Shown here in pieces: positions 1-9,114 of a stretch of 30,286 nt of DNA. The stretch covers positions 1-30,286 of the forward strand of contig JAWOCD010000108.1 in NCBI GenBank assembly GCA_046483985.1, written 5' to 3'. The notes below the pieces were generated by a model. The model had not been told where the DNA came from, ran no database searches, and saw nothing but the letters and a program-made list of their open reading frames with translations. Each line of letters opens with the position of its first letter. Position 1 is the stretch's first letter. The position numbers and the translations under genes were made by a program. This stretch comes from Promethearchaeia archaeon (GTDB taxonomy: Archaea > Asgardarchaeota > Lokiarchaeia > Sigyniarchaeales > SOKP01).

Positions 1-1377
1 CATAAAGTCTTCTTGGTTTGGTTGTTCCACTATTTCCAAAAGGTCATACTCGGTATTCATTTGAAGAATGCCCAGTACTTGCATTCCATGGTCATACATT
101 TCATTTGCGTCGCTGAGATTTCTCCAGCAGAACGGACATTCCGTTGTAAGAATATCTGCATTTACTGCATTTGCCTCATCGCAACGGAGACTCGCTGTTC
201 GTAAGGAAAAATCAGGATAACCAGCTCGAACTCCACCTCCTGCTCCGCAGCACATGGAATTCATCTTAATCCGGTACATTTCGTTAAATTTGATCCCTAC
301 ATCTTCCTCCAACTTGCGAAGAATCTTTCTAGGCTTATCAAACCATTCTTCAAGCTTTTCATCGAGTTTACGAATGTCAAACATCAAATTGTCACTTTCC
401 TCGATTAATTCTTGCTCAAAGTCAATACCAAAGTGACGTCCTGTGTGACAAGGATCATGGTATGTTACAATTTTTCCTTCCAGTTCATCGTTTGATTTAA
501 ATTTGATTTTCCCCTTATCGATCAATGAAGCAACCAGTTCAAAAGCGTGCATGGTTTTAAATGGAAGCTCTTTGTCTTCGTCCATCCATTTTGGATAATC
601 GATTGTAAGTGTTCGATAACAACCCGCACATGAGAAAAAGACCTTCTTCACATTTTTAAATGCTTCCAAGTTCTTTCTCATTAATTCTTGTGCTGTATCA
701 ACCTTTCCGATTCTAAAGAACGGGCTTCCACAGCACACTTCATCGCTGATTAATGTGAAATCCATTCCTAAATTGGCAAATAATTTAGCGGTAGCCTCAG
801 CAACTTCCTTTTGCCGATAACTTGCAGTACAACCTACATAGTAGGCAATTTCTGCGTCTTCATTATCGATATATTTTTCTAAACCAGCATCTCTGGCCCA
901 TTGAAATCGCTTGTCTTTATCTCCGCCATAAGGATTGTTGAGGTCTTTGACTAATTTATCGACCAATGCATGTTTCTCAATCATTGGGACTCCTGCTTCG
1001 ATGCATGCGGCTCTTAATGATTCGATAATATCAACGGTAGGTAATTTATTTTCACATTGTGCACTGCACATACCACACGTAATACATGGTAAAATCACAT
1101 CTCGGACCTTCTCAGTGAATTCAATATCTTCATTTAAAATTGAACGTGCGATCCAGATTTTTCCTGCATTCCAGAAAGCTTCCCAACCGTATTCAATCCC
1201 GGCAGGACAACTATCAACCATACCTTCATATAGTACCGTTTTTTGCTTTCCTTTATGTTCTCCAATTCCTTCTTGACTAGGTTTACCACTATATGCAAAT
1301 CTACAAGCTTTACAATGAATACACTTGAAAATTTGCGGTTTTAATTCTTCCAATCTTTCCATTCCAGTTTTAGCCAT
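1..1377 (-). CDS. HdrD/GlcF-like Fe-S oxidoreductase (2x[4Fe-4S] ferredoxin motifs + two CCG domains), 3' end beyond the window edge
   Basis: Not in the ORF track. Manual translation from ATG 1377 (RBS AGGAGGT upstream) is open to base 1: MAKTGMERLEELKPQIFKCIHCKAC...DSCPA...PCITCGMCSAQC...YYVGCTASY...EVCCGSP...SCAGCYRT...TYHDPCHTGR...SMCCGAGGGVR...TECPFCWRNL. Confidence 0.92.
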   Translation of the reverse strand, partial: MAKTGMERLEELKPQIFKCIHCKACRFAYSGKPSQEGIGEHKGKQKTVLYEGMVDSCPAGIEYGWEAFWNAGKIWIARSILNEDIEFTEKVRDVILPCITCGMCSAQCENKLPTVDIIESLRAACIEAGVPMIEKHALVDKLVKDLNNPYGGDKDKRFQWARDAGLEKYIDNEDAEIAYYVGCTASYRQKEVAEATAKLFANLGMDFTLISDEVCCGSPFFRIGKVDTAQELMRKNLEAFKNVKKVFFSCAGCYRTLTIDYPKWMDEDKELPFKTMHAFELVASLIDKGKIKFKSNDELEGKIVTYHDPCHTGRHFGIDFEQELIEESDNLMFDIRKLDEKLEEWFDKPRKILRKLEEDVGIKFNEMYRIKMNSMCCGAGGGVRAGYPDFSLRTASLRCDEANAVNADILTTECPFCWRNLSDANEMYDHGMQVLGILQMNTEYDLLEIVEQPNQEDFM

Positions 1378-1399
1378 TTTTGTTTACCTCCTTAAAGAT

Positions 1400-2887
1400 C
1401 TATGGGAGTGCGAGCCTCCCGGGGTGCATTATCATTTTAGGATCTATCATCTTCTTAAACTTCCGTAAATATTTCCAGTACATTCCAGCTTGAGAGTATG
1501 TGAGCGGAGCGTGGATATATGGGTCGGGTCTATAATTTAGCCAACCTTCTTTAAGTCCATATTCTGTAGTTTCTCTGTTTAATTCTTGTACTCTCTCAAA
1601 TTCTTTGGGATCGGTAGAATCAAAGCAAATAATAGGCATACAAATCGCTTGTCTACATCGTTCAATGGAGGCGATCCACATGACTGGTGGAAATCCATAT
1701 TTTTCCATTTTCTCATTATACATTTCTGCAAAATGAGCACACTCGTTCCATGGCGTATACCATGTTATAAATAAGAAACCAGCTTCCCAGAAACTGTATG
1801 GAATAGCTATTTTGTTTGGTTTCTTCATACGAGATTCAATTTGTTTTGGATGGAGTTCCCACGGTCTCATGGCATCTGGTGATCGCGCTCTATTCTGCTT
1901 AAAATCCTTCGCTTGTGCATTAATTGTATCAACTACATGCTCTAATTCTTTCTCACTTTGAGCCCAGCACTCCCAATTCATCCACCACTGGGGAATTCCA
2001 ATCTCTTTAAAGAATTCGTATTCATGAGGGATTTTATCCTTGGGCCATCGGGTCATAACGAGCGGATAATTTCCTCCTTGTACCATCACGGTATTATGGG
2101 CAACGCCGAATTCCTTCTTCCCTAATTCGAGTGTTAAGTTTTGCATATCATAGGGATTGTCCATACCCCATGCAACAACTGTTTTTGCATCGGGATGAGG
2201 ATATATCTTCACGGCTGCCTTTGTAATCACTCCAAATGCGCCTTGTGACCCCATTAAAAATGACCACATATCTGGTCCTAATCCATACTTATAGAAGGGC
2301 TTCGCAAAGGGAAGCGCCCATGAGCCGGTTCGTACAATATCCCCATTCGGGAATACTATTTCACCGCACATGAAGTTATCTCCTTGCGGACCAACGCTTG
2401 AAGTATAAAGAGAAAAACCACGATCAATTGCATCCCCCATAACAGTAGCAGCAGGTGGTGCTCCGTCTGCGATTGGAGGTGCCCAATCTGGATGATGTTT
2501 ATGCATATATGCCCAGAGTTGACCATTTGTGACTCCTGGCTCAATGATCGCATATCGGTTTTCCTCATCTACTTCCAATATTCTGTCCATTCGTCCAAGA
2601 TCTAACATTACCCCAGCTGGCTTAACGGTCGGGCATGCAAACCCCCCCGATAATCCTGCGGACACGGGAGAGACTGCAATCTTCTCTTCAGAACAATAAA
2701 GCAAGATCTTACGTATCTCCTCGATGTATTTAGGGCGGACAACAATATCAGGAATTTGGCTCTCCAAACCCATAACGGATTTAGCGAGATAAGAGGCAGT
2801 AATAGCTTCGTTATTTGTAGCATACTCTTTACCGACGATACCGATCATGGCCTCTAGGTCTTTACCTGTAGGTGCCTTATACGACAT
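1400..2887 (-). CDS. FAD-binding oxidoreductase, VAO/PCMH-GlcD family
   Basis: FAD_binding_4-type motifs: PDIVVRP, LDLGRMDRILEVD, IIEPGVT, GDIVRTG, GSQGAFGVITKA, and C-terminal IDPKMIMHPG. 22 bp upstream of the HdrD-like gene, same strand. Confidence 0.88.
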   Translation of the reverse strand: MSYKAPTGKDLEAMIGIVGKEYATNNEAITASYLAKSVMGLESQIPDIVVRPKYIEEIRKILLYCSEEKIAVSPVSAGLSGGFACPTVKPAGVMLDLGRMDRILEVDEENRYAIIEPGVTNGQLWAYMHKHHPDWAPPIADGAPPAATVMGDAIDRGFSLYTSSVGPQGDNFMCGEIVFPNGDIVRTGSWALPFAKPFYKYGLGPDMWSFLMGSQGAFGVITKAAVKIYPHPDAKTVVAWGMDNPYDMQNLTLELGKKEFGVAHNTVMVQGGNYPLVMTRWPKDKIPHEYEFFKEIGIPQWWMNWECWAQSEKELEHVVDTINAQAKDFKQNRARSPDAMRPWELHPKQIESRMKKPNKIAIPYSFWEAGFLFITWYTPWNECAHFAEMYNEKMEKYGFPPVMWIASIERCRQAICMPIICFDSTDPKEFERVQELNRETTEYGLKEGWLNYRPDPYIHAPLTYSQAGMYWKYLRKFKKMIDPKMIMHPGRLALP

Positions 2888-3237
2888 TTTCTTTCATTCC
2901 TTTATTTTTTTGTAATCGTTTTAAATTTTTATTATAAAATTATCTAGTATTTCGAAAAATAATCTGTTAAATTTTAAACTTACTAAATGAATTTATAATT
3001 AATGAAGGTAAATGACATATGAATTATATGAATTATCATTTACAAAAAATATAGAATGAATTTAGAAAGTCATTTTCTAAAATTTTTTCTATTATTTAAC
3101 ATTGGAAAGGCGTAAGATTAAGAAAAAGTAAATATAATAATATTTGATGTGAATCTGATGCTGGAATACGAGGCAAAGGCTGGCAAAAACGCCCTATGGA
3201 GAGGCTCGGTTCTTACCAGGAGGCGGTGAATTTCGTA

Positions 3238-3271
3238 GAGAATCTCCCCGGAGATATCTCACTTTTTTTTT
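3238..3271 (+). terminator. Hairpin followed by a T-tract
   Basis: GAGA-ATCTC-CCCG-GAGAT-ATCTC followed by AC and a run of T. It closes a GC-rich patch in an AT-rich intergenic region. Confidence 0.4.
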
Positions 3272-3368
3272 CGTTTTAAAACATTTTTTATTTAATTGTG
3301 ATCTCTTCTAGATATTATCCCTTTTCGACTTTCCCTTACCGAATATTATTCGACTGAAATAAAATAAA

Positions 3369-3387
3369 ACCGAAGTTTATATAAATA
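3369..3387 (+). promoter_or_regulatory. Archaeal BRE-TATA promoter for acdA
   Basis: ACCGAAG-TTTATATAAAT about 80 bp upstream of ATG 3463; RBS-like GGAGGT at 3450-3455. Confidence 0.55.
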
Positions 3388-3462
3388 AGCATAGATATAT
3401 TTTTATTAGGAATGAAAATTAGGAGCAATCATTTATTGGTTTTTAATTGGGAGGTAAGATAG

Positions 3463-4908
3463 ATGGATAACAGCATAAAGATCAAAAAATATTACCAATC
3501 AAAAGAAGAAACTGATAAATTGCAACGGTTATTTTATCCTCACAGTATTGCCGTCATCGGTGCTTCGAATACGGAAGGAAAATTAGGCTATAATATATTT
3601 AAAAATTTAAGGGACCGGGGATATCAAGGAAAACTTTATGCTGTGAATCCCAGCTCAGATTATATACAAGGAATTAAGTCGTATGACAATATTCTGGAGA
3701 TTCCAGACGAAATCGATGTGGCAATCATCATCATTCCCGCACATTATACACCTCAAGCAGTGAGAGAATGCTGTCAGAAGGGAGTTAAATTTATTATTAA
3801 TCAGGCTGCTGGATTTTCCGAAATTGGAGAAAGTGGTGAACAAATTGAACGGGAAACGAAAGAAATTCTTCAAGACTACGACACGAGGTTGGTAGGACCG
3901 AACTGCTCGGGGTTAATCAATACCTCTCATAATATGATACAATCTATTGGATTAGTAGGCAACTTAAAGAAGGGAAATGTAGGTTTAATAGGGCAAGCAG
4001 GTGTTTATGCAGCAGGAATTTTATGGGGCCTAAAAAAGATTATGGATTTTAGCCTCGTCGTAACTGTTGGGAATAAACTTGACTTAGATGAGACAGATTT
4101 TCTTGAATTTCTCGGAAATGATAAAAATACTGATGTCATTTGTATGTATCTGGAAGATATAAAGGGAAGTCGGAGATTTATTGATATCGGAAAAGAAATT
4201 ACATCAAAAAAACCCGTTATTGCGCTAAAAGGAGGGCGCACAGATAAAGGTTCTAAAACTGCGGCATCCCATACGGGATCTATGGCTGGCAATATGCAAA
4301 TTTATGATGCAGTGTTTGACCAAACTGGCATTATTCAAGCACGAGATAACAAGAATATGTTCAATATTGCAAAAGCGTTTTCGAAGCAACCAATTCCCAA
4401 AGGACGGAAGGTAATGATTATAACTTACACGGGTTCAATGGGTGTAACTGGGACTGATACGTGTTATGAAAATGGATTAGAATTAGCAGATCTCTCTAAG
4501 AAGTCAGAAAGAAGACTTAAGACGATTATGCCGGATTATGTGGAAGTTAAAAATCCTGCCGATTTTACATTTTATCAATCAAGTGAGGATGTAGCTAAAG
4601 CGATAGAAATATGTTCCTCCGATAACAATATTGATGCATTTATTCCGATCATCCAAGCAGAAAAATCGCACGAGTATATCCGTGATCTAACTCAATTAAA
4701 TACCAATGATAAGCCAATATTATTATGCATCCCAAGTATGGAATTTGTTATGGATTCAGTTATCCAATTTGAAAACCTTGGAATCCCAGTTTACTCTACT
4801 CCTGAAAATGCTATATATGTCTTATCTCAAATGTATAAATTTTATCAGAGAAAGGGCATAATAAACAAAAATGGAAAAGAATTAGCACTTAAGAATTCGG
4901 AAGAATAA
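3463..4908 (+). CDS. acdA: Acetate/acyl-CoA ligase (ADP-forming), alpha subunit
   Basis: CoA-binding N-terminus PHSIAVIGAS, RLVGPNCSG, VGNKLDLDETD, phospho-His motif TAASHTGSMAG, and KNPAD. Confidence 0.9.
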   Translation: MDNSIKIKKYYQSKEETDKLQRLFYPHSIAVIGASNTEGKLGYNIFKNLRDRGYQGKLYAVNPSSDYIQGIKSYDNILEIPDEIDVAIIIIPAHYTPQAVRECCQKGVKFIINQAAGFSEIGESGEQIERETKEILQDYDTRLVGPNCSGLINTSHNMIQSIGLVGNLKKGNVGLIGQAGVYAAGILWGLKKIMDFSLVVTVGNKLDLDETDFLEFLGNDKNTDVICMYLEDIKGSRRFIDIGKEITSKKPVIALKGGRTDKGSKTAASHTGSMAGNMQIYDAVFDQTGIIQARDNKNMFNIAKAFSKQPIPKGRKVMIITYTGSMGVTGTDTCYENGLELADLSKKSERRLKTIMPDYVEVKNPADFTFYQSSEDVAKAIEICSSDNNIDAFIPIIQAEKSHEYIRDLTQLNTNDKPILLCIPSMEFVMDSVIQFENLGIPVYSTPENAIYVLSQMYKFYQRKGIINKNGKELALKNSEE

Positions 4909-4984
4909 TTATGTTAGATACCAAAGAATTTGAGATACTATATAATTTGAAAATCTAAAAAAATCCAGCAAATTTTAACGATCT

Positions 4985-5026
4985 GCGAAAGAAGTCCCCA
5001 TCCCTTTAGGGGGGGATGAATTTCGT
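4985..5026 (+). mobile_element. IS200/IS605-family left-end-like subterminal palindrome
   Basis: GCGAAA-GAAG-TCCCCATCCC-TTTA-GGGGGGGA-TGAA-TTTCGT: an inner GC hairpin with a TTTA loop plus an outer GCGAAA/TTTCGT stem. This is the pattern of IS605/IS1341 left ends. Confidence 0.65.
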
Positions 5027-5090
5027 ATATTATACAAACATTTTTATATTTGGTTTGGTATTATCTTAAAAATTTTAGAGAAAAACCAAT

Positions 5091-6134
5091 ATGTCGGAAA
5101 ATAAAGAAATTACCTCAAAGAATAAAAAAGTTATCTCAAAGAAAGGAATAATTTTGATGGGTATTGCAGCTTTAGGAATATTCCTTGTTGGCATAACATT
5201 ATGGCTTTTGGATTATAATGAAGCGTTTTATTCTGATGATCCAACCCTTCGTGCCATCTTTGGTGCGATTACCTTCACGGGAGACCCTATTTTTCTGGTT
5301 CTGTTAGTTGCCCTGTTTTATATCGGATATGATAAAAGATACGCAAAAAATCTGGCTGTAAGTTTGTTGTTCTCTGTGTATATAAATGGGCTTGTCAAGG
5401 AAATTGCGCAGGATCCAAGACCCGGGACGAACGTCAAAAATGGAGAACTTATGGAAAGTGGTTACGGATTTCCCAGTGGTCATTCGCAAAATGCCATAGC
5501 AACTTGGGGGTATATTGGACATCATTTTAAAGATAAATCCAAACCATTTGTAATCCCTATTATATTATCGGCATTTATTTTCTTGATTGCAGTTTCTCGG
5601 TTAATTTTGGGTATGCATGATTTGGATGATATTATCGGAGGATTATTGATCGGTATCGGTTATATACTCGTATTTATCCATTTAGAGCCGAAGATATCCC
5701 CAAAACTGGCCCAACTAAGTTTAGGCATAAAATTATTCCTCGCCATTGTTATCCCTATTGGATTATTTCTTTTAGGTACGCTATTTTTCCCCACTGCAGG
5801 AGTAGCCCCTGAGACTTACGATCTAATAGGGGAAAGAATTCCTTCAGAATTTGCCGATGCGGGAGGATTTGCTCAAGCTGGTGGAGCACTTTTAGGTATT
5901 TTAACTGCATATATACTTGAAAAGGAATATGTAGATTATCAACCTTCTGAGTTAAATATTAAATGGAAGGCGATTAATCTCATAATAGGCCTTGCAATAT
6001 TATTTACCCTCTACCTAGGATTGGAAATGGTTTTAAGAGGAAATGTGATATTCAGGTTTGCTCGATATGCGATAGTGAGCTTCATTTTAGTCTTACTAGT
6101 CCCTATGCTGTTAAAAAAAATAAATCACAAGTAA
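5091..6134 (+). CDS. PAP2-family integral membrane phosphatase
   Basis: All three PAP2 motifs are present: KEIAQDPRP (KX6RP), PSGH and SRLILGMHDLDD (SRX5HX3D); multiple TM helices. Confidence 0.92.
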   Translation: MSENKEITSKNKKVISKKGIILMGIAALGIFLVGITLWLLDYNEAFYSDDPTLRAIFGAITFTGDPIFLVLLVALFYIGYDKRYAKNLAVSLLFSVYINGLVKEIAQDPRPGTNVKNGELMESGYGFPSGHSQNAIATWGYIGHHFKDKSKPFVIPIILSAFIFLIAVSRLILGMHDLDDIIGGLLIGIGYILVFIHLEPKISPKLAQLSLGIKLFLAIVIPIGLFLLGTLFFPTAGVAPETYDLIGERIPSEFADAGGFAQAGGALLGILTAYILEKEYVDYQPSELNIKWKAINLIIGLAILFTLYLGLEMVLRGNVIFRFARYAIVSFILVLLVPMLLKKINHK

Positions 6135-6254
6135 AAATAAATCTCAATACCTGTTTTCTTTTTATTTGTCTAATTTTCGGAGATAATTATCTTATTTTAG
6201 AGGATCTCATTAATGCGTTAGTGGATGGAATCAATCCCTGGATCGAACGAATTA

Positions 6255-6271
6255 ACCGAAGCATTTAAATA
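6255..6271 (+). promoter_or_regulatory. BRE-TATA promoter upstream of the threonine ammonia-lyase gene
   Basis: ACCGAAG-CATTTAAATA, same BRE as the acdA promoter. Confidence 0.5.
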
Positions 6272-6288
6272 ACAGAAACGCCTACTTA

Positions 6289-6330
6289 GAAGTAAGAAAA
6301 AGTCACCGCTTTTAAGCGGTGGTAGTTCAC
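6289..6330 (+). mobile_element. IS200/IS605-family right end (omegaRNA 3' hairpin type)
   Basis: GAAGTAAGAAAAAG-TCACCGCT-TTTA-AGCGGTGG-TAGTTCAC: a hairpin with a TTTA loop ending in the TCAC cleavage motif typical of tnpB-bearing elements. Confidence 0.7.
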
Positions 6331-6332
6331 TG

Positions 6333-7565
6333 GTGAGAATTTTGTTTGATAAAGATATTATAAAAGAAATACGGCAGATAAGAAACTCTTTCCCCGAAAT
6401 AGTGCACTTTACTCCATTAGATCATAGCTCAACATTCTCAAAAAAGACAAATAACGATGTTTATCTTAAATTAGAAAATTTTCAAAAGACTGGCTCATTT
6501 AAAATCCGCGGGGCATACAATAAGATTTCACATTTATCGGAAGAACAGCAGCAAAAGGGAGTAATAACAGCTTCAGCTGGCAACCATGGACAAGCAGTTG
6601 CATTTGCAGCATCTTTATTTGACATAAACTCCGTGGTAGTAGTTCCTGAGGGTGCGCCTATCGTAAAAATTGAGGCCATTAAAAATTATAATCCTAATGG
6701 GCAAGTGGTGGAATCTGGCCGATCCTACGATGAAGCTTACAAAAAAGCAAATAAGTTGAAGGAAAAGGAAGGCTATACTTTCATTCATGCGTATAATGAT
6801 ACTGATATTATTAAGGGGCAAGGAACCATAGGATTGGAGATATTAGAGCAATTAGAAGACATAGATTATATATTTTGTCCTATTGGAGGCGGTGGTCTAA
6901 TTAGCGGAATTAGTGCGTATGTAAAATACAAGAATCCAGATATTAAGGTTATCGGAGTACAATCTAAAAATGTTGCGTCAATGTATAATTCTTTTAAACA
7001 AAATAAATTAACCACCTCAAAAATGAAGGACACAATCTGTGATGGTATCGCGGTGAAAAAACCTGGGAATATTACATTTGATCTGATTAATGAACTCGTG
7101 GATGACATTGTCCTTGTAAGTGATGAGGAAGTAGCAAAAGCGATCTTATTATTACTGGAGCGTGCTAAAACATTTGTCGAGGGGGCGGGTGCTGTTTCTC
7201 TGGCGGCAATTTACTTTCGAAAAATCGATATTAAAAATAAAAAGGTAGTTGCGGTGATTTCGGGTGGAAATCTTACACCTAATTTACTAAATCTTATAAT
7301 TGGAAAGGGATTGATTAAAGCGGGCCGATTAGTTAAAATTAAAATGGAAATTCCCGATGCTCCTGGAGAATTAGTAAAAGTATTAAACATTATTGCGGAG
7401 GAAAAAGGAAATATCGTCTCAATAGACCATGATAGATTAAGTTTAGATGTAGGATACAAAACTACTGAAGTTATCATTGAAATAGAGACCAGAAATCAAG
7501 AACATATAGATCACATGTTAGAAAAACTCAATAAAAATTATTCGGTTAGTATTACGAAATTCTGA
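6333..7565 (+). CDS. ilvA: Threonine ammonia-lyase (catabolic TdcB/IlvA type) with C-terminal ACT domain
   Basis: PLP lysine motif KLENFQKTGSFKIRG, ASAGNHGQAVA, PIGGGGLISG, EGAGA, ISGGN, and ACT domain PDAPGEL. The exact start (GTG 6333 or TTG 6342) is uncertain. Confidence 0.93.
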   Translation: MRILFDKDIIKEIRQIRNSFPEIVHFTPLDHSSTFSKKTNNDVYLKLENFQKTGSFKIRGAYNKISHLSEEQQQKGVITASAGNHGQAVAFAASLFDINSVVVVPEGAPIVKIEAIKNYNPNGQVVESGRSYDEAYKKANKLKEKEGYTFIHAYNDTDIIKGQGTIGLEILEQLEDIDYIFCPIGGGGLISGISAYVKYKNPDIKVIGVQSKNVASMYNSFKQNKLTTSKMKDTICDGIAVKKPGNITFDLINELVDDIVLVSDEEVAKAILLLLERAKTFVEGAGAVSLAAIYFRKIDIKNKKVVAVISGGNLTPNLLNLIIGKGLIKAGRLVKIKMEIPDAPGELVKVLNIIAEEKGNIVSIDHDRLSLDVGYKTTEVIIEIETRNQEHIDHMLEKLNKNYSVSITKF

Positions 7566-7586
7566 ATTTATAAAATTAGAAATAAA

Positions 7587-9026
7587 TTAGAGCAAATAGG
7601 TGTTGTGATACCAATCTTCAAAATTTTCAAAGCGCTCGGATTTATACTCTTTTAATAACTCTCCGTTGGCATCTTCCTCGATTTTCCTAAAAAGTTTCTC
7701 ATATATTGATTCGTTTCCCTCTATAATATTGGTATTCCATTCTGGATCATCCCTCAGATCAAATAACTTTCTATCCTTCTTGGTATTCCTTGTAATGAGG
7801 GCATATTTATCGTCTTTATAGGCCGTCCATAGACTCATTCCACAAGTCATGTAATCTCTGCCCTCAAGTACTGCATCGGTATTATCCACGAAAACGGAAA
7901 GATCTTTTCCCTCAACTTTTTTTGGCTTCTCTTTTCCAAGGAAGCCGTAAATTGTTGCTAATAAATCGTGATCATATACATAGGAATTATCAATCCGAAT
8001 GGGTCCATTTATATTACCAGGGGGTTTTATTATTAACGGGATATCGATTAATTCGGGATACATAAATTTTGGCACCTTTCCAATCGCTCCATGCTCGCCC
8101 AAGCCATGCCCGTGATCGCTAATTAAGATAATTAACGCATCTTCATAAAATTCCAACTCTTTTAACTGATTGATGAAATAACCGAACCACGCATCACATA
8201 AGGAAACTTCTCCAGCATAACATGCTTTCATATTCCGTAATTCTTCTGAGCTGATCAAATTTACGCTTTCTCCATAGATTGGCAGAATAATTTTGTTTCC
8301 CGAATACTCTTTATCTTTATACAGATTATAGTAATTCTCCGGAGGATCCCATGGTTCATGCGGATCAAACTCATCAATAATACAGAAATGGTTTGCTGTA
8401 TCCTTACTTTCTTTAATTGATTGAATTGCTCTTTTAAAGGTCTTCGCGGGCATATAATCCTCCTCTGACTCCCAGTCTTGTTTATTAGTAAAATATTTCT
8501 TAAGCAGCGTCTTTTGAATGCGCAAAGCGAATCGATTCTCTTTGGTTTTCTTCGGAAGATTGTTTTTCATTAATTTATTCAGTTCTGAACGCCTTCCTTT
8601 CCATGAGGGTTTATATTTATCATATTCATGACCACGAACGAAATGCCATTCATCAAATCCTAATTGAAAGTTCATATTAGGCTTAAATTGATGATAGGTA
8701 CTTGTGATAAAGGAAGTGAGATGTCCTGCTTTATTTAAATACTCTGAAATATGGATCTGATCATGAGGGATGGGGGTCCATCCTGGGGACTCAACGAAAT
8801 CATCCGTACGCACCTTTAAATCTTGATTAAAAGGAAAAGTTCGAATTCCTGTATGAATTGCCCTTCGCACGGGGATTGTCGGTAAACTTTCTGGATATGC
8901 TTTATCAAACACAAGTGAATCTTTTGCAAATTCATCAAAATTCGGCGTCTGAATCCAATCGTTTCCATAAATCTTGCCCGTATGGTCTTTTCTAAGGGTA
9001 TCGAAGACAATAAGAAATATTTTCAT
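7587..9026 (-). CDS. Sulfatase-like hydrolase (alkaline phosphatase superfamily) with Thr at the nucleophile position
   Basis: IVFDTLRKDH, QTPNFDEFA, TIPVRRAIHTG, FDPHEPWDPP, ISDHGHGLGEHG, IPLIIK, LFDLRDDPEW. Confidence 0.88.
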   Translation of the reverse strand: MKIFLIVFDTLRKDHTGKIYGNDWIQTPNFDEFAKDSLVFDKAYPESLPTIPVRRAIHTGIRTFPFNQDLKVRTDDFVESPGWTPIPHDQIHISEYLNKAGHLTSFITSTYHQFKPNMNFQLGFDEWHFVRGHEYDKYKPSWKGRRSELNKLMKNNLPKKTKENRFALRIQKTLLKKYFTNKQDWESEEDYMPAKTFKRAIQSIKESKDTANHFCIIDEFDPHEPWDPPENYYNLYKDKEYSGNKIILPIYGESVNLISSEELRNMKACYAGEVSLCDAWFGYFINQLKELEFYEDALIILISDHGHGLGEHGAIGKVPKFMYPELIDIPLIIKPPGNINGPIRIDNSYVYDHDLLATIYGFLGKEKPKKVEGKDLSVFVDNTDAVLEGRDYMTCGMSLWTAYKDDKYALITRNTKKDRKLFDLRDDPEWNTNIIEGNESIYEKLFRKIEEDANGELLKEYKSERFENFEDWYHNTYLL

Positions 9027-9114
9027 GATTTTTTACTTTTGTATAATGAACACTTTCCTTATGAAATTATATATTTTTAAAAAACCATAATATTTTAATT
9101 ATAGATCCTTAGTA

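Noticed and set aside
1-1377. Possible selenoprotein or stop-codon readthrough explaining why the HdrD-like gene is missing from the ORF track
   Set aside because: Manual translation shows no in-frame TGA or TAG; the ORF simply runs off the window edge.
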